Origin: Chiloscyllium plagiosum
Lineage: Eukaryota
NCBI RefSeq assembly: GCF_004010195.1
Contig: NC_057755.1
Coordinates: 5,290,921 to 5,354,920, forward strand
Direction: 5' to 3'
Length of the DNA stretch: 64,000 nt
In this document: one piece after another, positions 54,701 to 64,000 of the stretch
Position numbering within the stretch: the stretch's first letter is position 1
Layout: every line of letters begins with the position of its first letter
The notes under the pieces: model-generated
What the model saw: the letters and a program-made list of their open reading frames with translations, nothing else
What the model was told of the DNA's origin: nothing
Databases searched by the model: none
Translations under genes and position numbers: made by a program

Positions 54701-55699
54701 TATAATTATCATCACCCTCAAAACATCCATAAATGAAAGAAAACACGTGACCTTGATATATTTTACAAAACACGACTCCCAGTACCGTTCCAAACAAAAC
54801 AACTCTCACATAATATTTACACGAGAATCCCTGTATCTATCACTTCGTGAAATGACTTGTCACTGTCACTTCTAAAATGGAACTGCAGTAAATTCCTTCA
54901 TGGAGCTACCAGAGTGTCAACCTTGAAACAATCTCTTCAGAGATTTTTCTTGTCACAACACTTTTGTCTGGGTTAATACAACATTTTCATTCCAAGGCAA
55001 TATAATTTTTAAAAACTCTCATTTCTTTCACATGAGCACGAATCTATACATTCACTCAGTTCCAGGGTCTTACAGAAACTGAAAGAAATGACAAAAAATG
55101 ATTGAAGTGAAAGTAATGCTTTCTCAGTTAAGGGTTTCTTCCTTAATCGCAAATTCCAGAACTCTTCAACAAGTCTTTCAGGCTCCATGAATACCATGCT
55201 GAGGTGCAAGCATCAAAAATAAACAAAGGTTCACTATAGCCAAACATCAAACGCATTTTTTAAAACAATTGTTGTGATTTCAGAAATAACTTGAAGTTAA
55301 CCATAACCTTCCTGTTCCCAGAACCCCACTGATTATTCACTCAAAAAAAAAACCCAGAACCAAACTCAAACTGAATGATATTGCACTCTCTACTTTAGAA
55401 TACCACCGCTTATATTTTGCCAAAGTGTTTCCTTTTCTTAATTACACCGAAACTCTCCATAGTTTCCGATTGAAATGGAGATTTCGGGAACGTTCCAAGA
55501 AGAGATGAATAATTTCCAAAGCAATTCCTGCCAAATCTGCAAGAAAGGGTTTCCACATGATCTCTGAAATCTCAGACGAAAGGGCTGGTCATCTGACACT
55601 GTGTGACTTTGGGCACAATATGCCCATGTATCATTGTCAGTTGCAAAGTGAACCCGCACACAATCCTCAGACCGATTCGCACAGATTCAAGGCACTTAC

Positions 55700-55766
55700 C
55701 AGGAATTGTTACAAATGGAATAATTGTGTAAAATATTGTCCGCACTTCACGAAATGAAAGCGTCAT
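55700..55766 (-). pseudogene. GPR139-like GPCR copy 3, exon 1 (MTLSFREVRTIFYTIIPFVTIP + G)
   Basis: 67 nt, ATG at 55766, donor CCTG|GTAAGT; paralog of 34507-34573. Confidence 0.78.
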
Positions 55767-57019
55767 TTTCTGCCTGAATCTCTTTGTGCAGGCAATCTCT
55801 CTGTACTCAATACCGAGGTGATACAATCAAAAGCCTTTCATTTATACCTGCCGACATCACCTGGAGGACTGCGACATTTCAATGTGGTTCAGTTCATTTA
55901 TTTAACAATTTGAACGAACAAGTGATTCCAGTGAGTATGCTTCCAGCTGTCACATTCTATTTTAGACCTGAGGTTTATTGGATGATACAAATCTAAATCG
56001 GTCAGTAGGAAACATTGGAAAAAGGCATGTGGAATAAATTCATAGAATTCTTACGAAGTGGAAGAACGTCAATGGGCCCATCCAGTCCAAACAGACTCTG
56101 CAAAGGCGATCCTACCCACACCCACCTGCTAGCCTTGTGAGACAGCAGGGCTAACTACTGAGGGTCTGTGCCACCCTGCATACCAGCATTGACACCCCAA
56201 CACCAGCTATCAAATCTCATTTCATTTCAGTGTTCTTTCCCTCGCCTTTGAACATTTCGAAATTAAATTCCGATTGTTAAGTGTCTCTCTGAGAAATGTT
56301 CTCCTCACTAGAGGAATGTGGCTTCCCCGGTTCCTTGTTCTGTGAAGGGATGATAGTTGGTTAATGGAGACAACACATTGTAGTTTTTCAAACATCTAAA
56401 GTCACAATAGAATTCCTCACCTTGCATGGATACAGTTTCTGAATCAAACATAACTTCTCCAATTTAGGCAATAATTGAAACAAGTAAAATGAGTCACTGT
56501 TTCCAATCAATACTGATCCTCCGACCAGTACTTGAGTTTCCTGGACATGTCTCAGAGCTGATTCTGAGACATACGTTCTGTGCAGCACCACATGGGGATG
56601 AGGTATTCTCTGTTTCCTGCAGTGTACTGCACGTGTCCAGAGTAGATACCTAAAACATCTGACTGATAAGGGGATGGATCAGCTTCAAGCGAGATAGTGG
56701 ATTGAGGCCAGAAGGGATTTGCAAAAGCAATGATGTAGAAATGTCAAATTTGGAAACAGTTCAGCGGGTATCAATGCTGCCAATGACGCCTGCAGTGATG
56801 GGGAAATGGGACTTGGCTTGAGGACTGATTTAGAACAGAAAGCAGAGAGAAGAAATAAATCTGTCATCTTCACGTTATTGGGCTGGTATTAGTGAGTGCC
56901 ACAAGGATCATTTCTCCAGACACAGCCATTTATTATCCGTCAATGACTGAGATGGGGGGATCATGTGCGACGTTTGTTGAAAGCAAAATGTTAATTGGAC
57001 AGTAAAATACAAGGAGAAA

Positions 57020-57083
57020 CGTCGATTCTCCTGTTCCCTGGATGCTGCCTGACCTGCTGCGCTTTTCCAGCAACACATTTTCA
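57020..57083 (+). mobile_element. 64-bp Penelope-terminus insertion, 11-bp TSD
   Basis: TSD acaaggagaaa at 57009-57019 and 57084-57094; empty site at ~35839. Confidence 0.8.
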
Positions 57084-58749
57084 ACAAGGAGAAAATAGGC
57101 ACGCTGAGAGAGGGAAGGACAGGTTCAGTGAGTGAATTCACACACAATAGTCAGTGCACTATAATATAGAGAAATATGTGGCATTGTTCATTCATTTCTC
57201 ACTTGAAAAGATTTCAGTGCAACCATAATCATTTCGGTACTTATCCTATTCTTAATTCAAGAGGCAACAAAAAGCCGTTAGGTCCATTTAGTGCCAGGAG
57301 TTTCCATTATTCTCTTCAAAGATTTACTCATTTCAGACACTTCTAACTTTGTGCAATTCAACCTGAGGTTTGCGTCATTTCACTCCCTCATCTCTGAACT
57401 CTTGCTGCCCAACTATATTATGGTCAATCAATCCTGCACTCAAACATCCATGAATTCCCAACTCCCCAGTTTTTTGTTGCTTTTCAGTATTTATAAGGTC
57501 AGATTGTTGCTGATTTGACATCAATTGGCAGATGTGGACAAACAGAAAGTGACTGAGTGAATCTATCAGAATCATCATTCCTGACTTGACAGGAGCCTGG
57601 AAGGTATATTGCTTCAAAAGTGCCTAGGTCGAGAACATCACAGAAAAACGTCAACATAGCTTAAGGTGCGGGGTTTACTGGGTAGGGACCGAAGCAGGAA
57701 AAGGAAAGTTTTGAAACTGAAGAGCCCGTGGTCCTTGTGGACATTTACACCAACAATATCTGGTCGTGAAATCACACTTCAGAGGCTGGCATCCTCTCAT
57801 TAGTCTCCCATTTATTACAAATGCATCTCCTTTGACAGTAGCGTCTTACTGAGTCAGGTATTCAGCTTCTTAATATTCCTGACATTCATCCTTTTAATTC
57901 CGACCGGGCTCCCTGATTGGACCAGTTTCCGAGGTGCAATCAGGGAACTCATATACTATGAGGTTCAGCTGGCTGATCTAGTGACAATAGCAGGGAGAAA
58001 CAGTGATTAATCCCGATCAGCCAAATGCGGCAAATCAGGGAAGAAATTGAAAGGCTGATCCCCATCTTCTCTGAGTACACATTAGGCCGATGAAAATGCG
58101 GCTGGAAGCATTGGTTGAAGGAGGAAGTGCTTTGGATGTATCGATGACTTGTGAGGTTTCTGGTGCTAGTGCGATTGGAATACATTGGAAACGTGGGTTT
58201 TGCTTTAATTGGATGGGAATTGCTACTCTTCGTGGAAAACACACTAAGGCATTGTGGAATATTTGTTCAATCTTGTCAGAGTGTTGGGAAATTGGAATAA
58301 AGCTCAGTTAGCAGGGAGATGAAACTGGCCAATTGAAGTAGTAAATCTGTGAGTGGAAGAGAAGAGGAACAAAAACACGCTCTGGATCCATGAAGCTGAT
58401 CTGCTTCAGAATCCGAATCTTCAGGATCAAACCCTTCGCTCACATGTCTCACAGACTCGGGGACAGAGTTCTTTCTAGAGCTAGACTTTCTCATGTTTAG
58501 GGATATTCTCAATAATGTATGCGTTACGATATACAGTTACTATCAAGATCTCACCTTTATTTGTTATTCCATATGATGATGCTTGCTGTATTTGACAGAA
58601 ATAGCACTTTAAAAGAATTAACTTCTTAAATCTCAGGTTTGAACTGATAAAAGAGAGGAGAAAGTGAGGTCTGCAGATGCTGGAGATCAGAGATGGAAAT
58701 GTGTTGATGGAAAAGCGCAGCAGGTCAGGCAGCATCTAGGGAACAGGAG

Positions 58750-58785
58750 AATCGACGTTTCGGGCATTAGCCCTTCTTCAGGAAT
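58750..58785 (-). ncRNA. Minimal type-I hammerhead ribozyme motif
   Basis: Reverse complement reads attc-ctgaaga-a-gggc-taat-gccc-gaaac-gtc-gatt; same strand as the PLE RT. Confidence 0.65.
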
Positions 58786-59150
58786 GAGGAAAGTTGGTCC
58801 AGCAGGCTAAGATAAAAGATAGGGAGGAGGGACTTGGGGGAGGGGCGTCGGAAATGTGATAGGTGGAAAGAGGACAAGGTGAGGGTGATAGGTCAGACTG
58901 GGGGGGGGGCGGAGAGGTCGGGAAGAGGATTGCAGGTTAGGAAGGCGGTGCTGAATTCGATGGATTTGACGGAGACAAGGGGGGGGGAGGGGAAATGAGG
59001 AAACTAGTGAAATCCGAGTTCATCCCTTGTGGTTGGAGGGTTCCGTCACCACGCCTAACCCCACCCCTTCACCGATCTCCGACTGCATGCCTAACCCCGC
59101 CCCCACGCCTTTATCCGTCACCACGTCTAACCCCGCCCCTTCGCCGATCG

Positions 59151-59590
59151 NNNNNNNNNNNNNNNNNNNNNNNNNNNNNNNNNNNNNNNNNNNNNNNNNN
59201 NNNNNNNNNNNNNNNNNNNNNNNNNNNNNNNNNNNNNNNNNNNNNNNNNNNNNNNNNNNNNNNNNNNNNNNNNNNNNNNNNNNNNNNNNNNNNNNNNNNN
59301 NNNNNNNNNNNNNNNNNNNNNNNNNNNNNNNNNNNNNNNNNNNNNNNNNNNNNNNNNNNNNNNNNNNNNNNNNNNNNNNNNNNNNNNNNNNNNNNNNNNN
59401 NNNNNNNNNNNNNNNNNNNNNNNNNNNNNNNNNNNNNNNNNNNNNNNNNNNNNNNNNNNNNNNNNNNNNNNNNNNNNNNNNNNNNNNNNNNNNNNNNNNN
59501 NNNNNNNNNNNNNNNNNNNNNNNNNNNNNNNNNNNNNNNNNNNNNNNNNNNNNNNNNNNNNNNNNNNNNNNNNNNNNNNNNNNNNNNNNN
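59151..59590. other. Assembly gap
   Basis: N run. Confidence 1.
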
Positions 59591-60189
59591 GAGGCGGCGC
59601 CGATACAGTCATTGATGTAGCGGAGGAAAAGGTGGGGGGTGTGGCCAGTGTAGTTGCGGAAGATGGATCGCCTGAGATGGAAATAGAAAGGTCGAGGAAG
59701 GGGAGGGAGGAATCTGAGACTGTCCAGGTGAATTTGAGGTCGGGGTGGAAGGTGTTGGTGAAGTGGATGAACTGTTCAACCTCCTCGTGGGAGCACGAGG
59801 CGGCGCCGACACAGTCATCGATGTAGTGGAGGAAAAGGTGGGGCGTGGGGCCAGTGTAGTTGCGGAAGATGGATTGTTCCACATATCCTACGAAGAGGCA
59901 GGCATAGCTGGGGCCCATGCGGGTACCCATGGCTACTCCTTTCGTTTGGAGGAAGTGGGAGGATTGGAAAGAGAAGTTGTTCAGGGTGAGGATAAAAGAG
60001 AACCGATATAAGCATGCAGCAAGTTAAATTGCTTACTCCAAAACAAACAGACACAATGAAATACCATGAATTTACAATATTATTGTCTTGGGGAAGAGTG
60101 TTCTGAAAAGACTTTAATTGTTTATTAAGACGGAGAATAAACCGTTTCAGTCTGAAACTCGGGTCCTGGATCTAAATAAGGATTTGATG

Positions 60190-62045
60190 TATAAATGAGC
60201 AATGGTGGATTGAGGAACCTTCATTCAGAGGTTCTCAGTGGGATTGACATTTGCTGAAGAGGAAGAAATGCCTGAATGGTTTTCAACAGTGATTCGGGTT
60301 CCGTCAGGTCAACAAAACAACAGGAAAGGTGAGATTGGGCAGCCCTGCCTGACTGTCGATCTGATCGAGAAGCTTTCTGTTTGCCAACCATTGATTGAGG
60401 TTTCCTTCAGAATGTTGGTGTAGACCAATATGGTTCATTGGTAGAATCCCTCTCCAAAGCCTCCTTTGGAGAGAACATCCCACATAGATGTGTGTAAGAT
60501 CGTGTCAAGGACCTCCTGGTGCAGGCTGATGAGGCAGGTTTCCAACTCCCCTGTCCTGCACTGAGGTGATTCTATTCCTGAGAATTGTCAGGCTGTCTGT
60601 ACAGATCAGATTTGCTCGGGGTGAATCACTGATCCCAGAGCAGAACTGACCCAGATGGGTGATGACCTTATTCAGTTCAACTTAATTTACATTCATCAAT
60701 TAAATTGGTCATCAGTCGTCCCTGGAGAAAGTGAGGACTGCAGATGCTGGAGATCAGAGCAGAAAATGTGTTGCTGGAAAAGCGCAGCAGATCAGGCAGC
60801 ATACAAGGAGCAGGAGAATGGACGTTCCTGGCATGAGCCCTTCATCAGTCGTCCCTCTCCACTTCTGATTGCAGATGAGGCGATGATACTTTTCCACATG
60901 GATTTACACTAACTACCTGTTAGAAGTTTTACGTTGTCCTCTTCCAGCAGGACCTGGCCAATCAAGTCACACAGAAATGAATACAATTCGGCTGGTAAGC
61001 TGTCACTTCCTGGTGTATTACTCTTTTCTGTCGACTCGAGGTCCTTGGTCAGCACACCCAGAGATAGCGGCTGTTGCAGCCTTTCCCGGTTGCTGCCGTC
61101 TAAGACCTACCAGATCGGGAGGAATGACCGGGAGGCTGCGCTGTCTATGGACTACCTGTCACATAATCTGGCATGAAAGGATTTGCTGATCCTTAGGATG
61201 TCAGGTTGAGATAGCCTAACATATCCACCTTCTCCCTTCTGGCTCTGAGGACAGAGCACTCCTTGTGCAACTTCTCAAATTACAAGCATGAGCACGTCTC
61301 ATCCTGCTCCATGGTGTGGACCCTGGACAAGGATATGACCTTGGAGACTTCTAAGGTAAAGAGCGAGGCTTGTGGGATGTTCACCTCCTGTTGATCCTCC
61401 ATGACATCTACGCACATCGTCTGCAGCAGGTGTAAGTTCTGCACACTTTTCTGGAGTTTTCACAGTTCTCCCCCGTTGCTCTCTCACCTTCAGAATACCT
61501 TTGACAATAAAGATCATCTTGATGTTCCCCTTGACTGTTTCCCAAAAGTCCGAAGTAGACTCAAAGTAGGGTTTCACGTTTCTCCAACCTGGGGATCCCC
61601 TTTTTTGAGATATTACATGTTGAATGGGATCAGCAGTTTTATTTTCAGGTTCCCTGCTGACCAGCAAGAGTCAGTGGTCAGAGAAGAACACTGGCTTGAT
61701 ATCAGTGAATTTGACCGAAACCAAACCCAGCCTCTCCAGTCTCACTTCACAGGTGCATCACTCGAGCCCTGGTGAACCTCCCTCGTACAAGTCTGCATGA
61801 TCTTTTTGTTTTAACACAGAGTCCTAGGCCCATTTGGTTCCAATCACCAGGCTGGTCGCATCCTTCTTTCGTCTTTGCTGTCTCATCCTCATCTCGGTCT
61901 TCTCTTCCTTCTGGTGGTGACAGTTGAGGAAGGTGGCATCAATGGTATCTGCAGCAGCAATGTTGTGAACCTGGAATAGGAATCCTGGTGTCGGCAGGGG
62001 CGCCGGTGTGGTAGGCCCATGTGCACAGTCACATTACATTGACTG
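60190..62045 (-). mobile_element. Tx1-clade LINE ORF2 fragment (paralog of 37690-39530)
   Basis: GWRNVKPYFESTSDFWETVKGNIKMIF; colinear with 37690-39530. Confidence 0.6.
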
Positions 62046-63222
62046 ATTACAGTGAATCAGTGTTCATGAGACAGTGGAATTGAGAGAAAAAACCACGAAG
62101 TTTTCAGCATTCACTGTCAAATTCAATCAAGCCTGACAGATAAGCAAATCTTCAATTTGATCGAACATCGACTGAGTTCTCGATAAGACATTGCCACAAG
62201 GTTTTAAATATCCTGTACTGTTTTATGTAATATCCTTCCTGGGATAGAAACTAAATTTAAAGTATGCGAATGACATTGTTACAGCAAACTGCAGCTAAGC
62301 CACTGCCATCGGAAATGACCTGGATAACGAGCTAAAAGAAGGTCAGAAGTCACACAACAACATTTGATTTCAAGTAAACCCGAGTGGACGATAGCCTGGT
62401 GTCGTGTGACTTCAGGCCTTGACCACCTCAGTTCAACACCGGCACCTCCACATTAAAGCTAAAAGAAGCCACTTAAGTCAGAGAGATCCCACACACATTC
62501 CAGAAGATATCAGTACAAAGAAGCAGCTGCCGTGAGAGAAGGAAGAATAGCCCCAACCCAGTTCGAAGATGTGTAATTGGAAATTTTAAACTAGTATGTG
62601 GGCAGACATTTCGATAATAAACCACATATCATTATTAATGTTAAACGAGGTCCACTATCTAAGCAAGTAGATTAGTCCATTCTGTTATGAGGGTTTCGGT
62701 GTGTATTGTACCTTTAAGAGAGAATGTACATTCAAGAGAGACTGGAAGCTGGCATGAACTTAGAGTGGCACAGAGTGTGCTGAAATAATTCAATCTGTAA
62801 CATTTGACTGTAAAACCAACACTGCAATTCTGTTGCCATGGTACACAACAAATTCGAATTTGGCCAAACAGTTTAAACTAAGCCACAAGATTTCAAAATT
62901 CAATCAAATTTGAATTTAATGTTTTGGTGACTTCAAACCAATGAAATGATCTGATGTTCTGGGGTATACAACCGAACGTTTTGAACATTTCGGGGAGAAC
63001 AGAAAAGAGCAGCCCCATGCATCAACAGCCTGCTGTCCGAATTATACTCTGGAAGATGCCTGTCCAAAAGGATCACCAAAGCTGATCTCGAGAAATCTAC
63101 AAAGAAAGTTTGACATCCGAAGATGCCAACTGCATTTGAAAGGAATTTGCCGTAAATATCGGACCAGTATTATGAAGTGTAAGGTAAAAGATAGTTTTCA
63201 GATAAGGATAGTTTTCAGATTA

Positions 63223-63431
63223 GTACATTCTCTCTTAAAGGTACAATACACACCGAAACCCTCATAACAGAATGGACTAATCTACTTGCTTAGATAGTGG
63301 ACCTCGTTTAACATTAATAATGAGATGTGGTTTATTATCGAAATGTCTGCCCACATACTAGTTTAAAATTTCCAATTACACATCTTCGAACTGGGTTGGG
63401 GCTGTTCTTCCTTCTCTCACGGCAGCTGCTT
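63223..63431 (-). repeat. 209-bp inverted copy of 62521-62729
   Basis: Reverse complement matches almost perfectly; absent from unit 2 (~41030). Confidence 0.92.
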
Positions 63432-64000
63432 GAATGTTCTCTGGTGGGCTAAAAGAATAGAATTGTTATTTTTTCTTTAAACACTGAAATCTGGGATAGT
63501 TATGAGGTGAAACTGAACAATTTAGGCCTTGTTTCTCTACAACGTTGGCCACAGGGTGTAAAAAGATAAACTATTTTCGCTGTTTGGGGATTCGAACACA
63601 AAGGGGCATATTCTGCGAAGTAGGGTCATTGTGTTTAGGAGAGATGTTAGGAAGCACTTCCACACAGAAACGTTGGGGGATGTTTAGCATTCTCTTCCAC
63701 AAACAGGACTGGGTGCTGGATTAGTTGTTAATTTTCATTCTGGGACAGATTTGTTTTTTGTTAAACGTAGGTGTTAAGGGAAAAAGTACAAATGCAGGTA
63801 TATGGAGTTAGGCTGCAGATCAACCATTGAACGTCAGAACGAGCTCTCACGGGGAGCGGGTGTGAATGGCCTGTTTCTATATCCCTACGATTATTAATCT
63901 CGTCCTATAATCTACCCAAGGCATTGACATTTTTCCTAAAGTGTAGTGTTCAGAAGTGGGCAGAGCTCAATTTTAACACAATGCAAGGCATTTGACTTTC

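Larger units (their letters stand above)
58657..59990 (-). mobile_element. Penelope-like retroelement, truncated, with RT fragment; 11-bp TSD
   Basis: MGTRMGPSYACLFVGYVE...FLHYIDD...FHPDLKFT...LPFLDL is the typical PLE RT core. TSD gataaaagaga at 58646-58656 and 59991-60001; empty site at ~37496. Confidence 0.9.
48552..64000 (+). repeat. Recent segmental duplication, copy B (runs off the window end)
   Basis: Matches 24903-41618 by direct reading; many near-identical paired ORFs in the track (e.g. 33488/54693, 37743/60238). Confidence 0.93.

Noticed and set aside
55767..55826. Upstream in-frame extension MYHLGIEYREIAC... of exon 1
   Set aside because: Not called as an ORF in copy 2 and not conserved in copy 1; the ATG at 55766 is the shared start. 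Cannot be fully excluded.
1..64000. CRISPR array or other prokaryotic system
   Set aside because: No repeat-spacer periodicity or operon-like ORF density; the content is vertebrate.
48552..64000. Unit 3 as a mere allelic haplotig of unit 2
   Set aside because: Many substitutions, private insertions and deletions on both sides, different left-flank content and a third older unit favour true paralogy. Read depth would settle it.

Overview
Vertebrate genomic DNA, repeat-rich. The repeat families (HE1-type SINE, esterase-ORF1 CR1, Penelope-like elements) point to a cartilaginous fish, probably a carpet/bamboo shark; this is inference. The window is a head-to-tail tandem array of three related units (about 1-21 kb, 21-46.6 kb, 46.6-64+ kb). 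Each unit carries one minus-strand, two-exon, class A GPCR gene of the GPR139/GPR142-like type expanded in chondrichthyans: a 67-nt exon 1, a phase-1 intron and a long exon 2. Copy 2 (34573-34507 + 28521-27656) is intact, 310 aa. Copy 1 has two frameshifts. Copy 3 has a Trp-to-stop change in TM6 plus a ~2.4 kb deletion of TM7 and the 3' end. The rest is decayed CR1, Rex1/Babar, Tx1, Gmr1-like LTR and Penelope-like elements, SINEs, local duplications and two assembly gaps. Notable details: minimal type-I hammerhead ribozyme motifs in Penelope termini, young insertions with TSDs whose empty sites survive in the paralogous unit, one ancestral Gmr1-like element split in complementary pieces across the three units, and a templated inverted insertion. 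All alignments were done by eye; repeat boundaries are approximate.
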